From Longimicrobiales bacterium (GTDB taxonomy: Bacteria; Gemmatimonadota; Gemmatimonadetes; Longimicrobiales; Gaopeijiaceae), in contig OZ250165.1 of NCBI GenBank assembly GCA_965238005.1, forward strand, positions 3,776,001-3,840,000: a stretch of DNA of 64,000 nucleotides, given 5' to 3'. A program made the translations under genes and the position numbers. Position 1 is the stretch's first letter, and every line of letters starts with the position of its first letter. The notes beneath the pieces were generated by a model. It had not been told where the DNA came from and made no database searches. It was given only the letters and a program-made list of their open reading frames with translations. Below, piece by piece: positions 36,667-46,451 of the stretch.

Positions 36667-38766
36667 CTAGTGGGCCTCCGCCTCCTCCTTCGTGGCCGCG
36701 ATCACCTTCGAGACCTCGTGCGCTGGCACGGGCCGGTACCCCGAGAAGGTCCGGGTGTGATGGGCCCTGCCCTGCGTGATGGCGCGAAGCGACGTAGCGT
36801 ACTTGTAGAGCTCCGCCTCGGGCACGAGCGCCCTCACCGTGGTGCGGCCGTCCACGGGATCCATCCCCAGGACCTTGCCGCGACGCTGGTTCATGTCGCT
36901 CATGATGTCGCCCACGTAGTCGTCGGGCGTGGTCACGGCCACCTCGGTGATGGGCTCGAGGATCACCGGGGCGCAGTCCGCCGCCACCTTCTTGAAGGCG
37001 GAGGAGCCGGCCAGCTTGAAGGCGATGTCGCTCGAGTCCACCGCATGGTAGGAGCCGTCGTAGCACTCCGCCTCGAAGTCCACCACGGGGAAGCCCGCCA
37101 GCACCCCGCGCCCGGCCGCTTCCTTGATGCCCTTGTCCACGCTGGGGACGTACTTCGTGGGGATGACCCCGCCCTTGATGGAGTTCTTGAACTCGTAGCC
37201 CTCGCCCCGGGGGCGGGGCTTCAGGCGGATCCAGCAGTCGCCGAACTGGCCTCGGCCACCCGACTGCTTCTTGTGACGGCCCTGGCCCTGGGCGCCCTTC
37301 GTGATGGTCTCACGGTAGGGGATCTTGGGCTGCTCGGTCTCCACCGAGACCCCGTACTTGCGCTTCATGCGCTCGATCTGGACGTCCAGGTGCAGCTCGC
37401 CCAGCCCCCGGGCGATGGTCTGGCCCAGCTCCGGGTTGAACTCGGCCACGAAGGTCGGGTCCTCCTCGTGGAGCCTGGGCAGCACCTCGCCCAGCTTGTC
37501 CTCGTCGTGCCGGGCCGTGCCCCGGATCGCCACGGCGATGTCGGGCTGCGGCAGCTCGATCTTCTCCAGGACCACCGGGCGAGACGGGTCAGTAAGGGTG
37601 TCGTTCGTGTGCGAGTTCTTGAGCTTCGCCACGACCCCGATGTCGCCCGCGTGGAGTCTCGGCACCTCGGCCCTCTCCTTGCCCAGGGCGATGGAGAGGT
37701 GGCTCAGCTTCTCCGCGCTTCCCCGCTCCCCGTTCTTGACCTCGGCCCCGTTGGCCACGCTGCCGCTCACCACCCGGAAGTAGGAGAGCTCACCCACCTG
37801 GGGCTCGGAAGCCGTCTTGAAGATGAGCGCCGAAAAGGTCTCGTCGTCGGAGGGAGAGAGGTGGACCTCTTCATCCATGCCGGCCCTCCTAGCGATCTCG
37901 CCGCCAGTCTCGGCCGGGCTGGGGCAGAGCTGGACGAGCTTCTTGAGCAGTGCCTGCATTCCGTACGAGTGCTCGGCCGAGCCGCAGAAGACGGGGACCA
38001 CGTCACCGCGGGCGACGCCCAGGGCCATGGCCTCGATGGCCTCTTCCCGGGTGATCTTCTCGCCCTCGAGGTAACGCTCGAGGAGGTCTTCGTTGGTGGT
38101 GGCCAGGGTCTCCTGAAGTTCCGTCTCCCACTCCTCGAACTTGGCCTGTAGCTCCTCGGGGATGTCGGCCTCGTCGTACTCGCCCTTCTCGGTGCCCTTC
38201 CTGTAGATGTGGGCGCGCTCGCTGAAGAGGTTGATGATGCCGCGGAAGTCGGGGCCCTCGCCGATGGGGATCTCCACCGGGACCACCTTCTGGGTCAGGC
38301 GGGACTTGATCTCGCTGTAGACCCGGTCGAAAGAGGCGTGCTCCTTGTCCATCATGGAGACGAAAAAGAACCGGGGGATGCCCCGGTTTTCCACGTACTC
38401 CCAGACCGTCTCCGTGCCCACCTCCACGCCGGAGGTGGAGCTGACGACAATGACCGCGGAGTCGGCGACGCGGACGGCGGACAGCGTCTCGCCCACGAAG
38501 TCCATGAACCCGGGCGTATCCAGGAGGTTGACCTTGGTGCCCATGTGCTCGCAGTACGCCGGCGTGCACTGCAGGGACATCTCGTGGGCAGCCTCTTCGG
38601 GCGTGTACATGGTGAGGGCGTTACCCTCGTCCACGTTGCCCTTGCGCTTCGAGGTCCCCGCCGTGTAGCAGAGGGAGTCGATGAGGCTGGTCTTGCCGGC
38701 TCCGCCGTGGCCCAGGACCACGACGTTCCTGATGTTGTCCGTCGCATACTCTCTGGCGGACGCCAT
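36667..38766 (-). CDS. Elongation factor G paralog (EF-G2-like), outside the str operon
   Basis: IRNVVVLGHGGAGKTS, DTPGFMDF, GLGELHL, YRETI, KKQSGGRGQFG, DGSYHAVDSS, ILEPI. Confidence 0.93.
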   Translation of the reverse strand: MASAREYATDNIRNVVVLGHGGAGKTSLIDSLCYTAGTSKRKGNVDEGNALTMYTPEEAAHEMSLQCTPAYCEHMGTKVNLLDTPGFMDFVGETLSAVRVADSAVIVVSSTSGVEVGTETVWEYVENRGIPRFFFVSMMDKEHASFDRVYSEIKSRLTQKVVPVEIPIGEGPDFRGIINLFSERAHIYRKGTEKGEYDEADIPEELQAKFEEWETELQETLATTNEDLLERYLEGEKITREEAIEAMALGVARGDVVPVFCGSAEHSYGMQALLKKLVQLCPSPAETGGEIARRAGMDEEVHLSPSDDETFSALIFKTASEPQVGELSYFRVVSGSVANGAEVKNGERGSAEKLSHLSIALGKERAEVPRLHAGDIGVVAKLKNSHTNDTLTDPSRPVVLEKIELPQPDIAVAIRGTARHDEDKLGEVLPRLHEEDPTFVAEFNPELGQTIARGLGELHLDVQIERMKRKYGVSVETEQPKIPYRETITKGAQGQGRHKKQSGGRGQFGDCWIRLKPRPRGEGYEFKNSIKGGVIPTKYVPSVDKGIKEAAGRGVLAGFPVVDFEAECYDGSYHAVDSSDIAFKLAGSSAFKKVAADCAPVILEPITEVAVTTPDDYVGDIMSDMNQRRGKVLGMDPVDGRTTVRALVPEAELYKYATSLRAITQGRAHHTRTFSGYRPVPAHEVSKVIAATKEEAEAH

Positions 38767-38857
38767 GAACACCTCCTGTCTGAATCTGGTTCGTTAGGGT
38801 CTTGTCTCTTGTCGGGGACGGTGATTGTAGGCCGAGGGGCCCAACGCGTCCAGATCG

Positions 38858-38890
38858 AATTCGCCCGGCGGTACAATTCGCCCGGCGGTA
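38858..38890. repeat. Direct repeat AATTCGCCCGGCGGTA x2 upstream of the EF-G paralog
   Basis: 38858-38873 and 38875-38890 are identical. Confidence 0.85.
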
Positions 38891-38951
38891 GTGGGACCGA
38901 AGATGTCTACGGTCTCGGAAGGCGAGACCTCAGTGATCGGGCGGAGCCCGC

Positions 38952-39782
38952 TCAGTTCGTGCGGTGTTTCTTGGAGACCTCATCGAGAAGCTTTCTCTCG
39001 TCTTCCGTGAGTGAGCCCATCCCCTCGGCAGAGATCTTGTCCAGGACCCTGTCGACCGCATCCAACATCGTGTTCTCTCTCACCTCGGCCTCCGCGTCAC
39101 GTCCTCGACGCCGTCCGCTGGCCTTGTCCTCGCTCTCGTCCCGGGGCACAATGGCGAAGCGTCTGGCCCGGGCGGCCCTGCCCATCTTCTGAATCTGCTC
39201 CGCCGCCTTCCAGTCGGTCTGCAGGTAGAGGAAGCCGGTGATGAAGCCACCCAGGTGGGCGAAGTACGCCACGCCGCCGGCTGCTCCCCCGAACGCGCTG
39301 GAGAAGGTCACGACGAAGAGGAACGCCACCAGCCACTTGGCCTTCACGGGGAAGATGCCCCAGACGTAGATGGGCGCCTCAGGCCACGTCATGGCGAAGG
39401 CCAGCATGATGCCGTAGACCGCCGCCGACGCGCCTATGATGGAGTAGGAGACGAAGAAGAAGCTGAGGGCGACGCCCCCGAGCCCGCAGATCATGTAGTA
39501 CTTGATGAACTCCCTCGATCCCCACTTGGACTCGAGGGGAGGCCCGAAGAAGAACAGCACCAGCATGTTCATGAAGAGATGCCAGAAGTCGCCGTGGAGG
39601 AACATGTATGTCACGGCGCCCCAGGGGCGGAGCAGCACCTCGGAGGGCTGGAAGGAGAACCAGTTGAAGACGAAGTTGCGGCCGACGATCCAGGTCAGGA
39701 TGAAGACGACGGTATTGGCGATCAGCAGCCGCTTGACCCACGGTGTCAACCGATAGCTGAGATTCATACTGCCGCCGGCCAC
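38952..39782 (-). CDS. Rhomboid intramembrane serine protease with C-terminal helical domain
   Basis: TYMFLHG..HLFMNM, IGASAA, AHLGG; VDRVLDKIS..GMGSLT tail. Confidence 0.93.
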   Translation of the reverse strand: MAGGSMNLSYRLTPWVKRLLIANTVVFILTWIVGRNFVFNWFSFQPSEVLLRPWGAVTYMFLHGDFWHLFMNMLVLFFFGPPLESKWGSREFIKYYMICGLGGVALSFFFVSYSIIGASAAVYGIMLAFAMTWPEAPIYVWGIFPVKAKWLVAFLFVVTFSSAFGGAAGGVAYFAHLGGFITGFLYLQTDWKAAEQIQKMGRAARARRFAIVPRDESEDKASGRRRGRDAEAEVRENTMLDAVDRVLDKISAEGMGSLTEDERKLLDEVSKKHRTN

Positions 39783-39833
39783 GTACCCCCCTACTTCTCA
39801 CAAGCACTTCTCCAACATACGACGAAAAAAAAA

Positions 39834-39980
39834 GATCCCGCCCTGCCATCCTGATTTCAAACCCCGGTTCAGGCAAGCAGGTTCCGTAGGGGGGGCGCCT
39901 CCGTCGCGTTTTGGGGACCACCTCCTGGACAACTCGTCGAGCACGTTTGCATAGCTCTGAAGGTTGAACGCAGCGGCCTT
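39834..39980 (-). ncRNA. ssrS: Candidate 6S RNA
   Basis: 5' CCGCTGCGTTC can pair with 3' GGATGGCAGGGCGG; GCCTGAACCGGGGTTTGA resembles the 6S 3' strand; followed by a T9 tract. Somewhat short for 6S. Confidence 0.5.
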
Positions 39981-40168
39981 CTTGGACGGCCCGTAAGAGA
40001 GCCCTCGCTGGCACGCCTCTGAGCTACCCCGCATCTTGGGGTCCATGTCCGATCCCATCACCCGGCCGGGAACGGCGACGCCGCATGGTTCCCGGACGGG
40101 ACGAAGATCGCCTTGGCCGCGCTTGGCCTGCTGTCTTGCGGTTCTACCGGCCCGGAGGAGCTCCGACT

Positions 40169-40465
40169 ATGACAACGCTGCCAACCGACCTCCGACTCGG
40201 TGTCCGGATGTTGGTGAAACACCGAGATACAACCATCATCGCCGTCATGGCGCTCAGCTTGGGCATCGGTCTGACCATCGGATTGGGAATCGCGGCCGGA
40301 CTCTCCCGGATGATCGAGTTCCTTCTCCGCGGGGTCGAGCCGTGGGACCCCGCCATCTTCGTAATAATCGTCCTGATCCTAAGGCTTGTCGGTCTGCTGG
40401 CGTGCTTAGTACCGGCCCAGCGCACGGCGCGCGTCGATCCAATGGACGCATTGAGATATGATTGA
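40169..40465 (+). pseudogene. ADOP/MacB-type ABC permease reduced to fused N- and C-termini
   Basis: DLRLGVRMLVKH..TTIIAVMALSLGIG joined in frame to ...LLRGVEPWDP...LACLVPAQRTARVDPMDALRYD; 98 aa versus roughly 800 typical for the family. Confidence 0.85.
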
Positions 40466-40487
40466 AGCGCCACCCGGTTGCCGCACG

Positions 40488-41420
40488 ATGAATCGCTTGC
40501 GATCCACAAGGCATGACTGGGTCCGTCACCTTTGCGTTGCGCCCGTGGTACTGGCGTTGTGTCTGCCCACGGGGGCGCGGGGCCAGTCCGCGACGAACGT
40601 CGACTCCGTCTCGACGCCCTATGGCGTCCATCCTGATCGTTTCTATCCCGATTATCGGAAAGGGCGCGAGATCACCCTGTCGGGAATGGGCGCCGGCTTC
40701 CTGGTCACCGGCCTACTCGTGCCAGTCGATGATCGGGAGGTGCCGGCGCAGGGGTTCGATGCGGCTGAGATTGCCTGGTCGGTGGACCGTGACATCGTTG
40801 GCAACAGCAGTCTTGATGCTGATGCGGCCAGTGACTGGACACGCACCGCGGCCCTCGTGTTTCCGTTCGTTTTGACCTTGGTCACCGGCCAGCCTGGCGA
40901 GCGTTGGCGTGGTTTCGCCCGCCGTAGCCTGGTCTATGCCGAGACAATTCTGATCCGGCAAGGGTTCACAAGCTTCACCAAGACGATGCTGGGCCGTGCC
41001 CGCCCGTATGCGTATCTGTCCGCAGAAGAACGTCCGGATGATTCCGCCTTCGACGTCTCAAGGGAGCGCACCTTCCACTCGATGCCGTCGGGGCACACGT
41101 CCGCGGCGTGGACAGGGGCAGCATTGGGGATGACGGAACACCTGCTGGGCCGTCCAGAAGCCGGCTGGCTCGAGCGCGCTGGCGTCGGCTTCCTGGGGGG
41201 CGCGTTGGCGGGTATGACCTCGGCGTTGCGCGTCGAGGCAGGCCAGCATTTCCCTGCGGATGTTGTGGCAGGCGCCGGTATCGGCATTGCGACCGGCGTA
41301 ACGGTTCCACTGCTTCATCGTGGCGAGCGACCGCTACCGTCGTCGAAAGCATGGGCGCAGATGATGGGGGGCGCGCTCGCCGGTACACTGCTGGGAGTCC
41401 TGGTGGCACAGGGATACTGA
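40488..41420 (+). CDS. PAP2-family phosphatase
   Basis: K...GRARP, SMPSGH and RVEAGQHFPADV motifs. Confidence 0.88.
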   Translation: MNRLRSTRHDWVRHLCVAPVVLALCLPTGARGQSATNVDSVSTPYGVHPDRFYPDYRKGREITLSGMGAGFLVTGLLVPVDDREVPAQGFDAAEIAWSVDRDIVGNSSLDADAASDWTRTAALVFPFVLTLVTGQPGERWRGFARRSLVYAETILIRQGFTSFTKTMLGRARPYAYLSAEERPDDSAFDVSRERTFHSMPSGHTSAAWTGAALGMTEHLLGRPEAGWLERAGVGFLGGALAGMTSALRVEAGQHFPADVVAGAGIGIATGVTVPLLHRGERPLPSSKAWAQMMGGALAGTLLGVLVAQGY

Positions 41421-41656
41421 ACGGCTCAGAGGACGACATCGGGAGATTCTCCCGATCCTTGCCGCTCTGGGGCGTGACGCGCATAATCGAGCAGGCGACG
41501 GCCATTTGGGCCGCGAGGCACTATTGCCGGAGTATCCGCCATGAATATCACGACGGAAGCGGCTCGCGTAGTGTGGTCCGCCGCGACGGTACCGTACCAG
41601 AAGACGAGCTCATTGGCTGGCGATAGAGCTTCCAGACCTCGGTTCCGGGTCCTGTA

Positions 41657-43396
41657 GTGACCGCTTCTCATGACGTAGTATTGGTGGGGGGCGGCGGAGC
41701 AGGATTACGTGCGGCCATTGCCATCGCGGAAACCAACCCCCGCCTCCGCATCGCCGTCGTCTCCAAGGTCTATCCCATGCGCAGCCACACGGTCTCGGCA
41801 GAGGGGGGCGCCGCGGGAGTAATCGCCGCAGACGACTCCCTCGACGAGCACGCCTATGACACCATCTCCGGTGGCGATTGGCTGTGCGATCAAGACGCCG
41901 TCGACGAGTTCGTGAGGGAGGCGCCGGAGGAGCTGCTCCGGTTGGAACACTGGGGTTGTCCCTGGAGTCGCACGCCCGAGGGCGGAGTTGCCGTGCGTCC
42001 GTTCGGCGGCATGAAGAGAAAGCGAACGTGGTTCGCGGCCGACAAGACCGGCTTCCACATGCTCCACACGCTGTTCCAAACCTCCCTCAAATTCCCGAGC
42101 GTCGTTCGCTACGACGAGTGGTTCGTGACCAAGCTCCTGGTCGATGATGGCCGGGTCCAAGGCGTCGTGGCGCTGGAGCTGATGTCCGGCAAGATCCAAC
42201 CGATTCTGGCCAAGGCCGTCATTCTGTGCACGGGCGGCTGCGGCCGCGTGTTTCCGTTCACCACCAACGGCAGCATCAAGAACGGCGACGGCATGGCGTT
42301 GGCCTACGCGGCCGGCGCCCCGCTCAAGGACATGGAGTTCGTCCAGTATCACCCGACGGGCCTCCCGTTCACCGGCATCCTCATCACGGAGGCGGCGCGG
42401 TCCGAGGGAGGCTGGTTGCTCAACAAAGACGGCTACCGCTACCTGCAGGACTACAACCTGGGCACGCCGGAGCCGAAACCGGTTCTGCGAAGCATGGAGA
42501 TGGGGCCTCGGGACCGTCTGTCGCAGGCTTTCGTCAAGGAGGTGGAGAAAGGGCGCACCATCGATGGCCCCTACGGCGCGGTGGTTCACCTCGACCTGCG
42601 GCATTTGGGCAGGCAGGTCATCGACGCCAAGATTCCGTTTGTGCGCGAGTTGTGTCGGAAATACCAGAATATCGACCCGGTCAAGGAGCTGATCCCGGTG
42701 CGGCCGGTCATCCACTACATGATGGGAGGGGTCCACACCGACATCCACGGTGCTACCGCCCTGGCCGGGCTGTACGCGGCTGGTGAGGTCGCGTGCGTGA
42801 GCATCAACGGCGCGAACCGGCTGGGATCCAATTCCCTGCCGGAGCTGCTCGTTTTCGGCGCGCGCGCCGGCCGTGCGGCGGCGGAGTATGCATCCACACG
42901 GACGGATCCGAACTCCAGTCTGCTGGCGCAGGCAGAGGATGAAAAACGGCGTTTGGAGCGCGACTTCCTGCACAAGACGGATGGCGTGGAACGCCCCGCC
43001 ACTATTCGCGAGGAGATGCAGGAGACCATGGAGCAGGCCGCCGGCATCTATCGCTCGGGAGAGGGGCTGACCCGGGCAGCCGACCGGCTGCGCGAGCTGC
43101 AGGAGCGCTTTCGTAACGTGGCCGTGCAGGATAGCAGCCGCACGTTCAACACCGAGCTGACCACCGTCTTGGAGCTGTCGTCCATGCTCGACGTTGCCGA
43201 GTCGATCGTCCACTGTGCGTTGTGGCGCGAAGAATCCAGGGGTGCCCACCAACGGACCGACTTCACCGACCGTGACGACGAACGTTTCCTGGCGCACTCG
43301 CTCATCTATCGTAATTCCGACGGCTCCTCCAGGGTCGAATGCCTGCCGGTGACCATCACCCGGTGGCCCCCTGGCGAGCGAGTATACGGGAGCTAA
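41657..43396 (+). CDS. frdA: Fumarate reductase flavoprotein subunit
   Basis: [20 protein letters not shown] (covalent FAD His), [28 protein letters not shown]. Confidence 0.97.
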   Translation: MTASHDVVLVGGGGAGLRAAIAIAETNPRLRIAVVSKVYPMRSHTVSAEGGAAGVIAADDSLDEHAYDTISGGDWLCDQDAVDEFVREAPEELLRLEHWGCPWSRTPEGGVAVRPFGGMKRKRTWFAADKTGFHMLHTLFQTSLKFPSVVRYDEWFVTKLLVDDGRVQGVVALELMSGKIQPILAKAVILCTGGCGRVFPFTTNGSIKNGDGMALAYAAGAPLKDMEFVQYHPTGLPFTGILITEAARSEGGWLLNKDGYRYLQDYNLGTPEPKPVLRSMEMGPRDRLSQAFVKEVEKGRTIDGPYGAVVHLDLRHLGRQVIDAKIPFVRELCRKYQNIDPVKELIPVRPVIHYMMGGVHTDIHGATALAGLYAAGEVACVSINGANRLGSNSLPELLVFGARAGRAAAEYASTRTDPNSSLLAQAEDEKRRLERDFLHKTDGVERPATIREEMQETMEQAAGIYRSGEGLTRAADRLRELQERFRNVAVQDSSRTFNTELTTVLELSSMLDVAESIVHCALWREESRGAHQRTDFTDRDDERFLAHSLIYRNSDGSSRVECLPVTITRWPPGERVYGS

Positions 43397-43424
43397 CAAC
43401 CCGAGTATACGGGACACTAACAAC
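43379..43424. repeat. Imperfect ~22-bp tandem duplication of the frdA 3' end
   Basis: CGAGTATACGGGAGCTAACAAC and CGAGTATACGGGACACTAACAAC. Confidence 0.85.
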
Positions 43425-43425
43425 T

Positions 43426-44169
43426 ATGGATGACCGTATCACAATGCAGCTGGCGCGGTACCGTCCCGAGGAGGAGGACGAGCCGACGTTCGAGGAATAC
43501 GAGGTACCGTGCCACAAGGAGTGGGTGGTTCTCGACGGGCTCAACTACATCAAGGACCAGCTGGACGGCACGCTGTCGTACCGTTGGTCGTGTCGCATGG
43601 GCATCTGCGGTAGTTGCGGCATGACCGTCAACGGAGAGCCGAAGCTGACATGCGCAACGTTCCTCACCGACTACGCGCCGGGTCCCGTGCGTCTCGAGCC
43701 GCTGCAAAACTTCCCCGTCATCCGGGATCTCATCGTCGAGATGACGGACTTCATGCAAAAGCTGACCACGATCAAGCCCTGGATCGTGCGCGACCAGGAA
43801 CGGCCTCTGGCGGAAGGAGAGTACAGGCAGACACCGGACGAACTGAGCGAGTACAAGCAGTACAGCATGTGCATCAATTGCATGCTGTGCTACGCCGCCT
43901 GCCCGGTGTACGGCCTCGACCCGAAGTTCCTCGGGCCGGCCGTGATTGCTCTGGCCCAGCGGTACAATCTCGATTCCCGCGACGAGGGATCCGGTGAGCG
44001 TCTCGATCTTCTTTCCCAGCACGAAGGAATCTGGGGCTGCACCTTCGTGGGCGAATGTACCGAGGTCTGTCCGAAGGACGTCGACCCCGCCGGCGCCATT
44101 CAGCGTTACAAGCTGGATGCCGCGCTGACGTCGCTCAAAGGCTTCCTTTTGCCGTGGGGCGCCAGATGA
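43426..44169 (+). CDS. frdB: Fumarate reductase iron-sulfur subunit
   Basis: [34 protein letters not shown]. Confidence 0.97.
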   Translation: MDDRITMQLARYRPEEEDEPTFEEYEVPCHKEWVVLDGLNYIKDQLDGTLSYRWSCRMGICGSCGMTVNGEPKLTCATFLTDYAPGPVRLEPLQNFPVIRDLIVEMTDFMQKLTTIKPWIVRDQERPLAEGEYRQTPDELSEYKQYSMCINCMLCYAACPVYGLDPKFLGPAVIALAQRYNLDSRDEGSGERLDLLSQHEGIWGCTFVGECTEVCPKDVDPAGAIQRYKLDAALTSLKGFLLPWGAR

Positions 44170-44588
44170 GCGAGCGACCGACATACACGCGTTTCCACCC
44201 GCGCTGGTATCGTCGGCGGGTTTCCACGTGGTGGTGGTTGAAGCGCCGGTCCTCGGTCGTGTTCATCTTGCGCGAGATGAGCAGCATCTTCGTGGCGTGG
44301 TTCGTCGTGTTCTTTCTGCTGCTGGTCGCTGCAGTGGGCCGTGGAGAGGCTGCTTACCAGGAGTTCATGCGTTGGGCCGCGAACCCGGGCATCGTGCTCG
44401 TCAACCTCGTCAGCCTGTTCTTTGTCCTATTCCACGCCGTCACCTGGTTCAACCTGGCACCCCGGGCAATGGTGCTGCGCATGCGAGGCAAGCGAGTGCC
44501 GGGGAAATTGATTGCCGCCTCCAACTACGGCGCGTGGGTGGTGACGTCTCTCCTGGTGGCGTGGATCATCCTCGCTGGGTCGAGGTAG
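44166..44588 (+). CDS. frdC: Fumarate reductase membrane anchor C
   Basis: ATGA overlap with frd[24 protein letters not shown]; 3 TM. Confidence 0.92.
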   Translation: MSERPTYTRFHPRWYRRRVSTWWWLKRRSSVVFILREMSSIFVAWFVVFFLLLVAAVGRGEAAYQEFMRWAANPGIVLVNLVSLFFVLFHAVTWFNLAPRAMVLRMRGKRVPGKLIAASNYGAWVVTSLLVAWIILAGSR

Positions 44589-44590
44589 CG

Positions 44591-44944
44591 ATGGTAAAGC
44601 GAACGCTAGAGCCGCTCTTGTGGATTCTCTTCAGCGCCGGGGGCGTGGTGGCCGCCCTGGGGATCCCGGTCCTGCTGTTGCTGTTCGGCCTCGCCTTCCC
44701 TCTCGGCTGGCTCTCGCCCCCCAGTCATGCGCACATGCTCGCGGTGCTGGGCCACCCACTTTCGCGCGTGACGATTTTCGTCTCGTGCACGTTGTTGTTG
44801 TTTCACTGGGCGCACCGCTTTTGCTACACACTGTACGACGGGTTGCAGATCAAACACCTGAACGCGTTGATCGTCCTGCTGTGTTACGGTGGCGTGCTCG
44901 TCGGTACTATCGCTGCAGTGTACCTCGTCTGGCAGCTTTCATAG
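44591..44944 (+). CDS. frdD: Fumarate reductase membrane anchor D
   Basis: KRTLEPLLWILFSAGG, FHWAHR, CYG; 3 TM. Confidence 0.92.
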   Translation: MVKRTLEPLLWILFSAGGVVAALGIPVLLLLFGLAFPLGWLSPPSHAHMLAVLGHPLSRVTIFVSCTLLLFHWAHRFCYTLYDGLQIKHLNALIVLLCYGGVLVGTIAAVYLVWQLS

Positions 44945-44955
44945 GGGAGTAGACC

Positions 44956-45498
44956 ATGCGTACTGCCCGCACCGCACTTGTGATCCTGGCCCTCGCCGCC
45001 ACCTACACTTCGAACGTCCTGGCGCAAAGCTCACCCCCGAACTTCCGCGTGGAGTTCGAGGGGCAGTTCAACGCATCCGCCGAGAAATTTGTGGCCCTCG
45101 CCAAGGCGATGCCGGAGGAGAGCTACGCCTGGAGTCCGATGGAGGGCGTGAGATCGGTGGCCCACGTATACATGCACATCGCGCGCTACAACTACTACTA
45201 TCCGGAGATCGCCCTGGACGTGCGCTCGCCCATGGGCGCTGCGGAGTGCGACAGCTGGGAGGAGGGGGTGGCCGACAAGTAGAAGGCCGTCGCCATCCTG
45301 GCCGAGTCGATGGAGCACGTCAGGCGCGTCGTGGCCTCCATGTCCTCGAAGGATCTCGAGGAGAAGACTCGGCTATACGGCCGTGATGTCGGTCAGTGGG
45401 CCGTCCTGCTCCAACTCGTTACCCACATGAACGAGCATCTCGGGCAGTCGATCGCTTACGCGCGCATGAACCACGTGGTGCCGCCATGGTCGCGGTAG
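44956..45498 (+). pseudogene. Secreted DinB-family protein with an in-frame TAG at 45280-45282
   Basis: AMPEESYAWSP..GVRSVAHVYMHIA...ADK*KAVAIL...HMNEHLGQSIAYARMN.VVPPWS; both ORF-track pieces share one frame. Confidence 0.85.
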
Positions 45499-45545
45499 AT
45501 TCGAGAACTTCTTTGAGGAGCTGAAGGCGCGGGTGGGGAACTGAC

Positions 45546-45804
45546 ATGACCACGTCGAAGACTCAGAAACGTCACGATAACGCTGGACGAAGAGACCGCC
45601 CGGTGGGCTCGAATCGAAGCGGCTCGACGGGACACCTCCGTATCGAAGCTCCTCGGCGAGATCCTGCGGGCCGAAATGCGCCAAGACGCCCACTACGAGG
45701 CCGCGAAGCGGATGTACGTGGCCCAGGAGCCTGGGATTCATCGTTGTGAAGGCCAGCCCCTGCCCTCCAGGGAAGAGCTACACGATCGTGACCGTCTTCG
45801 TTGA
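45546..45804 (+). pseudogene. vapB: RHH/CopG-type antitoxin with an apparent one-base frameshift after codon 5
   Basis: Frame from 45562 reads LRNVTITLDEETARWARIEAARRDTSVSKLLGEIL...SREELHDR; ATG 45546 is one base out of frame. Confidence 0.75.
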
Positions 45805-46231
45805 CACGAACGTCCTCGTCTACGTCCGCGATCGAAGCGAGGCCACGAGGCAGCGGCGGGCGGCGGAGTGGATGGGGAGCCTCTGGGAGACCGGCCTCGG
45901 GAGACTCAGCTACCAGGTGCTCCAGGAGTACTACGTCACCCTGACGACCAAGCTCGATCCGCCTCGCTCGAACCAGGACGCACGAGACGATGTCGTGGCG
46001 CTGCGTGCCTGGAAGCCCGCGGGCATCGATCATCGTACGATCGAGGGGGCGTGGGACGTCGAGGATCGCTACGGCTACTCGTGGTGGGATGCGCTCATCG
46101 TGGCGACGGCCCTCCAGTCCGGATCCCGATTCCTCTTGAGCGAAGACCTCCAGACCGGCCAGGTGATCGACACGATTACGATCATCAGCCCCTTCGCTCA
46201 GGACCCGGAGGAGATCCTGCCGGATCTCTGA
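45788..46231 (+). CDS. vapC: PIN-domain toxin
   Basis: VFVDTNVLVY, QVLQEY, SWWDALIVA, LLSEDLQ. Confidence 0.92.
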   Translation: MTVFVDTNVLVYVRDRSEATRQRRAAEWMGSLWETGLGRLSYQVLQEYYVTLTTKLDPPRSNQDARDDVVALRAWKPAGIDHRTIEGAWDVEDRYGYSWWDALIVATALQSGSRFLLSEDLQTGQVIDTITIISPFAQDPEEILPDL

Positions 46232-46451
46232 GGATCCCACCCGGACGCCGCTCGACCCAGCGCAGGTGGGTCACGCCAGGGGTGCGCCCGACGGGGGGCG
46301 CTGAGCCCCCCCGGATCAGACGTCGGCGACCGCCTCCGCCTCCTCGGGGGTTGGAGCAGCTCACGAACGAGTCGCTCCGCCTGGAGGCGGAAGAGGAGGT
46401 GGATCGACTGCTGGAGTCCAGCTAGTGCGTCTGCCCTGGAGGATCCGCTCG

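Noticed and set aside
45280..45282. Stop-codon recoding (pyrrolysine, selenocysteine or alternative code) suggested by in-frame TAG/TGA in DinB, copA, the IS5 transposase and the amidotransferase
   Set aside because: TAG and TGA end many intact genes here, each internal stop is plausibly one substitution from a sense codon, and no recoding machinery is visible.
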